From contig NMRA01000316.1 in the NCBI GenBank assembly GCA_002633005.1, positions 13,598 through 77,597 on the forward strand: a stretch of DNA of 64,000 nucleotides, in the 5' to 3' direction. A model generated the notes under the pieces. The model worked only from the letters and a program-made list of their open reading frames with translations, was not told where the DNA came from and did not search any database. Below, in pieces: positions 39,495 through 51,895 of this stretch. The stretch comes from Phoronis australis (Eukaryota > Animalia > Phoronida). The stretch's first letter is position 1; each line of letters begins with the position of its first letter. The translations under genes and the position numbers were made by a program.

Positions 39495-42400
39495 GGATAA
39501 ATCAGGGAGCCTCTATTTTGGGGGGTATGCCATGCAACGAACTCGCCGAAAATGCCTTATTTGCACTGCACAATAAAAAATATCGGCGCACGAGATCATT
39601 ATTAGTTTGTAATTTTTAAATAAAGCAAGTCTTCGGCTTTACAAAGACGTTAAGCAATACTCATTAACTCTGCTGCTAAGTTAAAAATTTCATGCATAAA
39701 GTATAGAGGGGTCAGAGGTTAACAAGGCATTGCAATTTCGCCACACTTTGAGCCCGTATATCTCAGCTGGCACAACACTGATCAACACCAGACTATTACA
39801 CAAGACGTTTCTATCTTATTGCTGTTGATTAGTACAATAAAATTTTCTGGCGNCACTTTAGTGGTGGCAAAAAGGTTCCGGTTGGCGAATCCTGACTTGC
39901 TGTGTTATCTGCTAGTATGATGGAGTGTGATGAAGTGTATGGAACCTCAGAAGAATGTCCTCTGCACATGTGTGAAATCTTGATGCAGCATAAAGTGAGT
40001 AGCAAACCACCGCACCTACAGACTGTGCGGCAACTGATTTTGGCGAGAGTTGGACAATTTACATATGCGTGTTCACCGGACCCGTGTCACGCCTGTGTGA
40101 CTGCGTCCAAGGCAAGGGCAAGACACCGGGCTCATCTTGGAATTCTGTGGAAACCATGTAGACTCTGCAAACACCCATTTCATTAGTGGTAGCTCGCGTG
40201 CCAAGCCTGAAGTGGGGATGCAGGTTGAAATGTCTAAAGTCAACTTACTTTCACAGGAACTCACCAATGTCAATGCATTTGTGTTCTTTCCTATTGGATC
40301 TGGTGAGTACTACTACTGCTTTGTTTGAATTTGAGGTTATCACGATAGCATTGTGGCGGTAAGTAAGTTTTGTGGATACATGATTCGAGAACCAGTTAGC
40401 ACCGCTAGAAACAACAGATGTTATTCTATTACAGTACCCTGCAATGCAAGTTACTTATCCCTCCTTTCAGGAAGATCACAAACTGTGGGACCACGCATGT
40501 ACCACAAAAATGTAACAACAGTACTTGTTTTTGAACATGTAGTATAGACAGTGCTTTTTATTGTACACACTGGTGAAATTTAGTAGTCCTATGCCTGCAT
40601 CACTGTAAACAACTGATTAACTGTCTTGTGTTCCTAAGGGCAAATCAGTGATATACCTGCCCTGTCGTCGTTGTTGGAGTCTAGGCTAGCCTAGAGCTAT
40701 TCAGTCCACTTACTAGTAGCGTCTTGTGTTAGTTGTAAGTTTAGTCTGAGATTATGTGCACCTAGTGACCTGTACTTGAACTGCAAGCGGAAAATGCAAT
40801 ATCTCATTGACTTTCACTTTTCAACAACCGATATTGTTGTTATGCGTCTTCTTTTTAGTTCATTACTGGAAGTATTTTTTCAATAGATATATTGATGAAT
40901 GCTGTAGTTATAGCATTATAAATTCCAATTTTAACTAACAACCTGCACGCTGGAATTTCTTTTCACTTTAGCTGTCAGTGAATTATGTAATTCTGGAAAT
41001 CATAGCGTGTCGTTATGTTTTATGAGTACCACTATGTTGACATTTGTTGTCTGGATATGATATTCATTCGAAGTCCAAAGGAATCCAATCAAATTGGCAA
41101 AAAATAAATCAAGTACCCACAGTGTTTTTTTCTTGTTGTACTTATGGTCGTTTTACATATTGCACTCCATGGGTCAAATGAATTATCTCAACTAAAATCA
41201 TTGGATCACTCAGCGGCAGTCACACCTGTGTAGTGGCTGGGCTCGGCAAAGTTCTGCAAAAAGTGTATAACTCAAGAGTGTTACAACCTGCCTGTCATTT
41301 TTCAGAAAGTAGAGCAACAAAGCAGACCCCGCAAAAACTGCACAGGCGATGAAGACGGGTGAGCAGTTTTGGGAGGAAGGCTGGCTGACACTACAACAGT
41401 ATAAAGGTTTCTTTTCACGCTTGGCTGCCTTGAACTGCGCTGGAAAATGGTCAAATGAGGGAGATGATGAACTTGACAGTCAGTGATGTCCAGTAATACT
41501 CCGGATTTCATCTTTGTTCGAACATTATACAATCTGTTGGGTTGTCTGAGTGATTTAACCAGTTGTTATTGATGTGATATTGTAGAAACTGAGATAAATG
41601 TAAAGTGCAATATAGCAACACTTGCTGTGATTTTGTCAGTAAAATTTAGGATGTTTAGTCAGTGTTCTGGTTGAAACTTTGCTGTCCAATTTATTTAAAA
41701 ATGCTGGTATTTCAGTTTTCATCTTTCAAATTCATATTACACTCAGTCTCTCTTAACTAAAAAGCGAAGCCTTATCTGAGTGTTAACTTAAGGAAAGGTA
41801 GTGACTTAGGCATACTTGAACCAATTGACTGGCATTTAGATCAAAGAACACATTTGCATATCTCGATTTTCCATGCTACTTTGTACCACTTAACTGGATG
41901 ACCAGTGTTAATTCAACCAGATTACAGTCACATTAAATATCATTTTCACTTTAATCTGTTCCAACATTGTTTTTTGCAGAATGAGAGTTATTTGTACGGT
42001 ATGTGATGATGAGTTAAGGGAGGTGCCGAGGTCACCTGTATTCTAAATTGTTAACATCAGGGGTGTCATGTTTGAGTCAATTCACTGGTATTTAGATCTT
42101 TTAACACATTTAGACATCTCGTGTTTTCCATGGTAGTTTGTATAAATTAACCAGGCAATGAGTGTTAAACCAGATTCTGATCGCATTAAGTGTCACTTTT
42201 TACTTTAAAGTGGTCCAACATTGTATATACAGACTGGGGAGTTACGTATGGGATGAGGAGGTACATGTAAGCAAGATCACCTGTATTTTGAACAACTAAC
42301 ATAGGAGTCTCCTATTTGAGCCAGTCCTTTAGCACTTAGATCAAATACCACATTTAGATATCTCTGATGTGATTTTACCTTAGAAAGTTGGTAGTCTTGC

Positions 42401-44040
42401 TATTAAAGCACCTCGAAGACTAATTAGCAGTTACAACCCAATGTGCATGAAGTTATATTTTGAACTGAGTTTCAAAGTTTATATGCTGTATAGTGTTTGT
42501 CTGCTGAGAAGTCATGGAAAAAACATGAGCTACTTGTCGTGTACTTATGGACTTTATACTGAAAGCAGCCTTTATCATCCTCACTTCTTTCACATGACCT
42601 CTGCAGTGGATCATGCTTCCAACATGAAGCATTTATATAGTCAAGTAACAGCTGATCACCTGGAACAGGATACATGTACCTTTGCCCTCTGGAGGACTTG
42701 GAAGTAATATGAATTCACTCTTTAGACTTCTCACAACTAGTCACACACACTTATTCAAGTACGTTCCCCTGTGCCTCCCACTGCGCAGGTGAAGTATCTT
42801 CTCACTGGTAGCTGGTTACATGTAGTCAGCCCCCATTGCTACTTGAAAGTCTCCCATTTTTCACTTGTGTCAATCACAGCAAAATGCGCGCAGATAACAA
42901 AATGATAACATTAGCCAGCCATACCACTTCAAAAGTGAAGTTATTGTGACATTGGCGGCTATACACTGTATAACGTCCACGGAATGACTGACCAATGGTT
43001 TTGCATTTGCCTTGCCTGTAATTGCCAATGAATCTTTCACCTTGACACTGTCCTCCGCTTTCAACGCCCTGCATCAAAACCACTTGAAGATTCTTAAAGA
43101 AATGTTTGTTCAGACACACACCACAGCTAACCCACAGTAAGCATCTTTGTAAACAGGACAATCACAGATAAAACCATAAATAAATGATCTTGTTCATACA
43201 ACACTGTAAGATTTGGAACGTCGCAAGTGGGGAGAGGGCAACACGATTTTTGAAGGAAAATGTTATGAAAATGATTTGTCGGCGTTTTTTTTTTGTTTTT
43301 AGCCGTGCAAATAAGATTACTGAGCTTTGTGAAACCAGTGAGATTTGAATTTCGACTCTCACAAAAGGTGTCCTGCCAAAACTACTGCTATTTGCGTAGT
43401 AAGTATCCTAATTCCATGACTACGAGCACTTTTTAGAAATAAAGTAGTGTACCCTCGGTGCCTAGAAAATACGAAATTTGATGAATGATAAATTGATTCG
43501 CCGTTTGCTGGGCAACTATTAACAAATGTTCACTTTTTGTTGACGTTTGTCGGCATTACTCATTGTGGTGAAATGGCGTAACCACCAGTCATTTTTGACT
43601 TCAAATGACATGAAATCCGTTCGCGCCAGGAAATTTTTTTGTCTTATTTTGTAGACCTAAAATAGCTCAACACATTGGTTGGCACTAAAATGTTCTGAAA
43701 CCTGTGCCAGCTGAGATATCGGGATACGAATTTAGCCAATTTTGACAGTTTCAAAAATCACTAAAAGTACTCATCTTATGCGGCTCTAAAAACAGACAAA
43801 AATTTATCGAAATTTTTAAAATTTTCATGAATAAAGTAGTCGAAGGTCACACCTGATCAATAACACAGGTTCAATATTTCAACGTTACTTCCACTGCGTA
43901 ACGTAACTGTCGGAATTTCACTAAAACTGAACTGCCGCCAAGCTGAAAACTTGTCGGAAACAAATAGTATCCATGGAAACCAAAAGGGGGCATTTTGAAA
44001 AAAATAAAGGTGGTCTGGAGTCAGTGGGGCCAGTGTCATC
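39495..44040. mobile_element. Old DNA transposon with long degenerate inverted arms, nested in the Kolobok shell
   Basis: tatctcagctggcaca (~39758) / tgtgccagctgagata (~43703); aattttctggcg (~39841) / cgccaggaaatt (~43624). Boundaries approximate. Confidence 0.45.
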
Positions 44041-45010
44041 TCACAGACAAAATATAAAGAGAATCTGTGACATAGCGTTTATCACCCTCTGCCTGGTCCA
44101 TTCGCGAACATGCTCTTAATAAGGCAAAAAAGACTAATCAAATCGGGTGGCATTCTCCTTTTATTCAGTTCAAGTTTTTCAGTAGTCCATAGGCGGTGCA
44201 CTGCAGGGGGGGACTTTTTTCAGTGCTGCGCCCTCTATACACCTCCGACATGACACTGCCAACTACTCATGAGGGGAAGTTGAGATTTCAAATTCATCAA
44301 AAACACAAAACATTCGTGCACAGCACCGTAGCTGTCTTGTAAGAAATGGTGATGCGTCACTGAACTTAGTTGAAGGCTGAAGGACGGACTTGCAAAAATT
44401 CGAACCATCATCACACCACCATATCGCAAAGAAGGACTCTAAACGATAACAGTGATATTCATGAATGTGTTGAATTTTAAATTCTAAAATTTACAAACCG
44501 TAGATCGGATCTAAAAAGAAATTCAAGTCATTGCTCTTAAATTTGGAAAGCCGTCTTTGTTCCTTGATGCTTGTAGTTCCCAGTAGTATTGTGCAATGAA
44601 TTTAGGTTCTTTTAAACCGAATCGTTTGCTTGACATTCACGTGCATACTGCAAAGGCTGGACACGTCGTGACTCAGTGACGCACCCACGTTAAAAATAAG
44701 GTGTTGGCTGCCCGCGTAGAATCCGCGCACAGTGATTGACGGGAAAAGAACTTGAACTGCAGGAGTTGAAGTGTGTGCATTTTTGGGACACGCGTTCCAT
44801 AGCATTTTCCCCAGCCGCCCGGCGGCAGAAGCTGGACCAGTGGCTGTGTTAGTCAACAGCTCTATAGGCCAAGGATTTCGGAATCATATCTTTCAAAAAA
44901 ATCTTCAGAAAATGACCGTATTAAAATAAACTTTTCGTGAAACTGGGTCAAACAGAACGACCTTGGAGCCAGAACACGGGTATAGGTTCGAGCTAAGCCG
45001 CACGTCTCAA

Positions 45011-45116
45011 ATGAATCATAGCGGAGCTGACCAGCGACTGGCATTAGTTCTTCGAATTGCGCATGAATCATAGCGGAGCTGACCAGCGACTAGCATTAGT
45101 TCGTCGAATTGCGCAT
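45011..45116. repeat. Tandem duplication, 2 x ~52 bp
   Basis: atgaatcatagcggagctgaccagcgact(g/a)gcattagttc(t/g)tcgaattgcgc occurs twice. Confidence 0.9.
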
Positions 45117-46590
45117 GCATGGATCGGACTTCCCGGCGACTAGGACGCCACGACACCTGTCACCCGTGGCGGGAGCAGCTTATTTCTTGACTAACACCTG
45201 CTTCTAAATCTGGATTTAAGCAAAATGACAAAGTCCACGCTTACACATATGCAAGCGTATCCAAATACAATTAAATGTATTTTCACGTGAAACCATTCAA
45301 TGTTCTTTGAACATTGACTTGTGTGAGTTCTTAATTTTCTTACATCTGCCCAATCAGGTAGAACTGCGTTTCAAGTCATTCGCTAGGCACCGGAGGGTTC
45401 AAATTGGAAGTTCGCGTCGTATGACATCGTATGACGTCATATGACGTAGGAGATGCGAGCCTCATTTGCATATATAAGTGACATCTGTTGGTTCAAAAAA
45501 GAGGATCATGCCCGAGTACATGCCTGGGAAGAGGCATCTTTTTAAGGGTAAAACAAGTCATGTTCAAAGCATCCTAGTGCCATTAATATGCAGTCTTTGG
45601 GGACCAAAGTGGTGTCATTTTATAGCTAAAGAGTTAAGCTTTTGGACGCAATGCTTGGATTCCAGACGACATTTACTTTTGAAATCACTTTTGAATATCC
45701 GTTAAAATGCGCTAAAACAGTTGTCCCTTCCTGGTTATCTCTTCCTGAAAATATGCATCAAGTGATATCACTCCCAAATAATAACGATTACCTATCTCAT
45801 TCACACACTTACCATTCACAACCGGGGGAAGGGGGGAAACAAACAACTGAATTCTATCATCTTCTTGTTATGTTTAGTAATACACGACTCAAAGCTTTTG
45901 GTTTCTGCAGCCTCTAGTTGGTCAGATCATGAAGAGCTGCATCAAACGTATGGACAGAATGAATGAAAAGCAATATCCCATGCCTAGCCAATCAGCATTA
46001 CACCTTTAAAAGGTAATCAGAGGAGAGGAGTATCAGCGGTCGTGTAATAAAATAGTTTAAGTTACCAAGACCATCAGTACACAGACACCAGTACATTCAG
46101 TAGTTCAAAATAAAGCGGCTGACAAAGTACATCAGGGTGGCTAACTATCCATTCCATTACTATTCATTTCAATCCTGGTTAAATTTTCTTAAATTCCATG
46201 AAACGATTTTGCACCTGGAATTCTGAATACATGTCTATTATGACTGAAAGAGCTGGCAACTAGAATTGTCAAAATCATCTCCCAGGACAAAAGTTCAAGA
46301 ACAACATCATGACAAAGTTCCACATTATTGCCATAAAAATCTGGCATACAATGTGACAAAGTTTGGCAGTTTTGCCTCAGGGCATTTAGTTAATTAACAG
46401 TAATAAACAGGTGAGTGTACATATAGTTTCTCACTTATTTTGCACAAAAATGATAATCTACATTGTCCAATCCTAGCTTATAATCCATAACATTCCACCT
46501 GTACGCCAAATTTGTATGATAAATAGTAGAAGAATTTCCGTTCTTATACTCTTACAAGCGATGTTTAACACTGCAGTGACCTCAACTCAC

Positions 46591-47079
46591 CTTTCCAGCT
46601 GATTTGTCTGATGATTTCATTGTCGTTGAATTGTCCAGTGGATGGTCAACAGCCTCAGGCATCGATGGCATCGTCTGTGCTACAGCCACAGGTTATCCGA
46701 GTACCTGCGACTATTAGGTGGAGTAACAGGCGGAGTCATGAATAATGGTGTACTTTTGGGCGTCAACGGCAATGTGTCATGCCAGGCATAGGCTGGCGGA
46801 GTGCTGCTCAGACTCGTCAAACCAGATGACAAGATGGCCGCTCCCGAATCGAGTCGGCCAGGTTCTGTTCGAGTTTTGCCTTTTGCTGCTGCAGTTTCAT
46901 CAGAGTTGTTGTCTTATGCTGCAGTTGCTGCAGCTGTTGTTCCACTGACAACATTGCTGAGGAAAGTGATAAAAGGGCAGCACTTGTTGCTGGAGGTAGG
47001 TTGGCGTGATTGATGAATGATATGACCCCCGAAGAGGTCATGCCCATGCTACCTACAGAGGACATCGTAGTGTTGGCAC
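46591..47079 (-). pseudogene. BIRC6: BIRC6/Bruce homologue, exon D (two frameshifts and a stop)
   Basis: AALLSLSSAMLSVEQQLQQLQHKTTTLMKLQQQKAKLEQ and, in a different frame, TPKSTPLFMTPPVTPPN match recalled BIRC6 motifs (KLQQQKAKLE; TPKTTPLFMTPPLTPPNE). Acceptor tttttccag, donor AAG|gtgagt. Confidence 0.88.
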
Positions 47080-47525
47080 CTGGAAAAACAATAATAAACA
47101 TATAGTACATGATTACAATGGGAAGTATTTGCAGGAGATATCATACTAGTCTAATCTCAGTCTGAACTGGGCACTGACCCTCACATTAATGGTCAAATAC
47201 ATCAAATGCATTGTCATTGTTGAATGCTCGAAAGGCATTTAAATACAAAAATGTAACTAAATTTCAATTTTCACCATTATTTCTAGTTAGTTAATACCAA
47301 AAAATTAATTTATAAAACAAAAATACCGTGAAGATGTGGTGGTTTCCAAAAAAATAATCATCTCATCTTTTCATCAAAAATGTAGTAACAAAACATTACA
47401 GTAACTATTCTTGGCTAATTTTCCATTGAATAACAACTGATCTTCTTCTCCGATTCCTCTCAAGACTTTTAAGATAACTTTTACAAAACTACAAATATTT
47501 GTGACTCGTGGTGATGATTGACCTG

Positions 47526-48921
47526 GGCCCGGTCTCCACTCTCCGTACTCAGACTCGAATCATACTCAAACTCACACTTCATACTCAACTCGAGTACAGA
47601 CTTGGCTTTGGTGTATTCAACGTCCTACTCCAAAAATCAGTTCTCGAAATTTCGAGCACGTACTCAATTTTCGAGTATACTCGAACTGAAGTGTATCTCA
47701 TCTATATTTCGAGTACTATTTTGAGTAAAATTCCGAGTATATGCTCCAAATTTCAAGTTTGGTCTGGCAGTGTGCTTGAAATTGACCCTAAAATAAATAC
47801 GAGCGAGAGAACAAAATATCAAACGGCCACCGAGACACACTAGCAAATCTAAAAAATTAAGTCTTCTTACCATATTTCAGCGGTTCAGTTTCAGTTCAGA
47901 TTATAGTTGTCATTTTAAATCTTCTTATTCTTCACCTTATTAACCCGCCGTATCACTGCATGTCCTCGCAGCCCGCTCCTTCTTACTCTAAGATTCCTGA
48001 CAACAGGTGCATTCTAATACCTTGTCGGTGAGTCATTGCAAGTGTCGAAAGCAGTTGTGGGAAAAGTTGTGTACGAAGTTTGTGCTGAAATTATTTCAGT
48101 AGGTGTGTCTAAGGTTTGTAGGGTTCCAGAACACGAGGAGGTGAGGAAAGTTAAAAAAAGTTTCCTTCCCTGTCAGGTATTTCACATCATAGTTATAGTC
48201 ATCGATAATTCCTCAATCCCCAAATGATATTCCAAATTTCATTTGCCAATTTCTAAGTAGATGTCTCATCTTGCTCACTGGTGAACTCTGAATGCCTGTG
48301 CACATGTATTGTTTTTTAACTCACGCCCCAAATGTCAACTAACTTGATAAATTTCAGTAAAATACAAAGATACAGTACCAAAAGTTTTGGCATCAGTGTA
48401 GGCCTACACAGCAATGGGTTCTATGTCAATACTAAATTAGCAAGAGAGAACAGGGGTTACTTGATGTGATAAGCTGTTACAAATTTCTTAAGACATTTTC
48501 GGGAGATGAGGAACTCAAGAAGTAAACCTTAATAATTGTCAAATGTATCAAAGAAATGGTATAAGAATATTGTTTTGAAACTGAAAAAATGAATAACAGT
48601 TACAGAACACTCAAAATTCCATGTTAAAGGCCTACCCTGGCTTGTAGTTTTAGCGACAGCAGACGATAATGTAGTTGCTGGGGTGGTCTATAATGCCAAT
48701 AGGGAGCGATGAATCAGCACGACTTTGCGTGGTTTTGCATTTCACATCATAAAGAGTTCCATAGCAACTCGAGTATGAGTGTCAGATTTGAGTACGTTTG
48801 GAGTCTACTCGAAATGCGACATTAAATACGCTTTTTTGAGTACGACTCCAGTGAGCACGATTTTGAGTATGAAATCGCGAGTATGAGTATGAGTCTGAGT
48901 ACGGAGATTGGAGACTGGGCC
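47526..48921 (+). mobile_element. PIF/Harbinger DNA transposon, degenerate, 3-bp TSD CTG/CAG
   Basis: TIR ggccc(g/a)gtctcca(c/a)tctccgtactcagactc; ctg flanks at 47523-47525 and 48922-48924; internal peptide VSKAVVGKVVYEVCAEII...IDNSSIP is HARBI1-like. Confidence 0.88.
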
Positions 48922-49063
48922 CTGGTTCCAGTTTTTCCATCTTAGTAACATCGCTGGTGGAAACGCAGACAAAGTGAAGTGGCTCCACCTCTAGGAGACC
49001 ATGCAACTTATCATTGCACTGAGACGAACGAGCAGATGACCGCGATCTCAGCGACAAGAGGTC
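48922..49063 (-). pseudogene. BIRC6: BIRC6/Bruce homologue, exon C
   Basis: DLLS...GLLEVEPLHFVCVSTSDVTKME (BIRC6 GLLEVEPLHFTCVSTSDGTRIE). Acceptor atcacag; donor displaced by the transposon. Confidence 0.9.
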
Positions 49064-49458
49064 CTGTGATCAGGGGAGATAATCAGTGAAACTCATTGGA
49101 AATTATAGACCACACACAATCAGTGTAAAAGATGGGTACATCTTTTCTTGTGAATAATCATTGAAAATTACCAGCCAATTTTTGTAATTTACTTTGAAAT
49201 GATTCCTAGCGTGTTTTTGTCATAACTTCCGTGAAGCTACATATTAAGAGGTTGCATTGAAAAGGGGTCTGAATAGAACACCATACAAGGATTATTGGGG
49301 TTATGTAGACAAATTTAAGTCAGTAATCCTAACCGTTGGCAATTGATGACATTTGTGCACTCAGAGAGACACTCAAAATATAAAGAAGGAACTAAATACC
49401 ATTCAGTAGGCTTTAAACAATGAAAAAAGAAGAGGCCATAGCTGTATCCTCTACACAC

Positions 49459-49691
49459 CTTGAAGTCAATATCGTCCACAGGAGACGGAGAGCTAGCTAC
49501 TCGCTGCTGATGACAACTGTACAGATCCCATGCCAGCAGAGAGGGCTGACACAGGCAGTACACTGCCGACTGCTTGGGCATAGGTAATGGGTCCATTGGG
49601 TGCTGTAGTGGGTGTGGGAGGGGATGTGGTGCGCAACAATGGTTTCACGTCAAACAGAGATGGCTCACAAGGGTTGCCGTAGAAGCCAAAC
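49459..49691 (-). pseudogene. BIRC6: BIRC6/Bruce homologue, exon B (4-bp duplication frameshift)
   Basis: RFGFYGNPCEPSLFD...DDIDFK (BIRC6 RYGLYSSPFDPVLFD...DEIDLS). agctagct at 49491-49498 shifts the frame and creates TAG; removing 4 nt restores phase 2 to phase 0. Confidence 0.85.
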
Positions 49692-50479
49692 CTAAAAAAG
49701 AAATTGCTACTTCGAATAACATTTTCAAAAATTTAAATCCGTTCACTAACTCGAAACAGACCCAAGACCTAAAATAAGATTCACAATTTGTACGGTAAAT
49801 TTGCATGATTTTCGGACGCCCCGCCATTTTCGACCAAAAATAAATATTTCCGAAATGAGTTTTTCATAGTCCACGAAATTCGTACAAGGTCTAAAAACTG
49901 TTTTTCAATGATCCTCGAATTTCGGACGATGTCATAATTGTCGGATTTTTGTCCGCCACTTTCGGACAAGGAAAACTTTAGAAACGCTAATTTGGGATCG
50001 ACGCAACTCCCGTGTCACTAAAGCGTTCAACGGATGATTACTACTCTATTAGGCTTGAATCCGAGAATCGGTTTAACGGGCTTTGTAATTTTTACCTTGT
50101 CTTGACGATGTCAGGACCGTTATTCGTTTGTCTTGCGTTTAGCTTGTGTTTGGCACTTTAGCTATGAAAAGAATCCCGTATGACGAAAATTACTGATAAA
50201 AATACAAATGGGAAATACAGCTGTAGTTTTTGGTTGTAGCGTAACATGTGCTCTGGTTTAATTAGACCGTGCTGTTTGACTTCCGACTGTGACATTGAAC
50301 TTGCACGCCTGACATCAACTTGCGTGTTTACGAAACGTTTGTATTTTTAAAACGTCGTGGCCTTTGCAAATGCCCTTGTCAGTGGCTAAAATCTCCCAAC
50401 GATGTGTCCGGATTTTATCCTTGACACGGTGAGAAATATTTTTTGTTTAGGCCCCCATTCACAATAGGCTACAGCCAAG

Positions 50480-50700
50480 TCTGTCCATCGGATATCGCGC
50501 ATTCAAAGTAGTGTAAATAGTGAACAGCAGCAGCCCAATGAGACGGAGCCAAAGTAAAGCTGGTTACAAATCAAACATAATGCAAGGTCCAGCACTCAGA
50601 AAGGCGCCTGGTGCACACGCAATTGTTACAGAGACATTGCATCCCTGTCCTATGTTGCATAAGTGGAGGTGTGCTTTAACACATATCAAAAACTAATGTA
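50480..50700 (+). mobile_element. Possible piggyBac transposase C-terminal Cys-rich remnant
   Basis: Degenerate PSDIAH...AWCTRNC...VCFNTYQ, resembling the RCxxC...CFxxYH tail. Confidence 0.3.
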
Positions 50701-51639
50701 CATCCACGTAATCACGTTTCACTACCCTTACAAATTCTCTGTTGCTCTATGATAAGCATCGCAGATGCAAGAATCTCGCTAAAGAAGATAGTGTGATCGT
50801 ATGCTTCGCTTGCAATGCCTCACCATACGTCTCGAAGTCTTCAGTCTAGCATGCTCGTGAGATTCTCACCCTTGCGCCCCTGGACGCAGACTAGTAGCTG
50901 TCTTGGGAAATACAAAAATCTAGCCCAAATCACGCTTTCAATTAAAATACACAATACATCACGTAATTTTATGAATTCTTGTTTTTTAGCGAAGTCCTAG
51001 CGTTACGAGCTTTACCCCTACGTAAACCCAAAAAAGACTGAACTTGCGGCGACCCAATTTTGCTTGCTCATCCACTGGTCTGTTTACTTGTGGTCTTGTT
51101 AATTCACACCCTGTACCGTCTGAGGTACACCCTGGACTCCATGGTGTCCCGAGATTAAGATGAATCCACACAAGGACACCGAGACCCTGTGGCACTCTGT
51201 CTGCGGCGACTAAGAAAATCCTCCACCAATCATTTCGAAAAATGACAAGTCAGTCGGAATCAGATTTGGTAGTTGTTGCTTCTTGTGGTCCTAGGGGTAG
51301 GCTAACAAGAAGACATGACCTGGAGTCCGTTGCAACGGGCCTGGAACCTGAAAGGTGTTTCTGACCCGGAGTTCCATATCTACTTTCCACAGGACCTTGT
51401 CTTCTTGTCCATGTCACCGCCTTCAGTTGATAGTTTTGAGACAAAAAAAGAAACGTGATCTTAAACTACAGACCATGCTTTTTGTATTACTTAAGACAGT
51501 AATTTAGAGGCATTTCAGCTGTAAGTGTGTTTAATTGTGTTTGATTCGAAAGAGATGACTGTTACATTGATAATTATTATTATTCTATTTTTACCCGAGG
51601 TGATGCCTTACTTGCAGCAATTTGGGAAGTATTACCAGC

Positions 51640-51895
51640 GATTTCCGTATATAAGTTCGGGAAACCAAACGTCTTATGTATAAATACATCAGGGCCTATA
51701 CTCGGCAACGCCGAATATACGAACACAGCATAAATTCTGAAGCTCACCCTAATTATATCCTAGTGGGAATAGCATTATTTTTAGATTTCAAGCATGCATT
51801 TTTGTTCTCAGATATGCATCCTGGGTATATTTTAGGGAAACATTTAAGATACGCAAATTGGCCATATATTCTGCTGGACTTATATACGGAAATCT
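51640..51895. mobile_element. Palindromic MITE-like element
   Basis: gatttccgtatataagt (51640) / acttatatacggaaatc (~51878-51894). Confidence 0.55.

Larger units (their letters stand above)
37397..44159. mobile_element. Kolobok-like DNA transposon shell with nested insertions
   Basis: ttaa|AGGAGCAAGCCACCC ... GGGTGGCATTCTCCT|ttta; 13/15 TIR match, TTAA-like target, purine-purine termini. Confidence 0.55.

Noticed and set aside
42472-42675. GDQL motif suggesting a transposase-associated domain
   Set aside because: Too short and degenerate to support a call.
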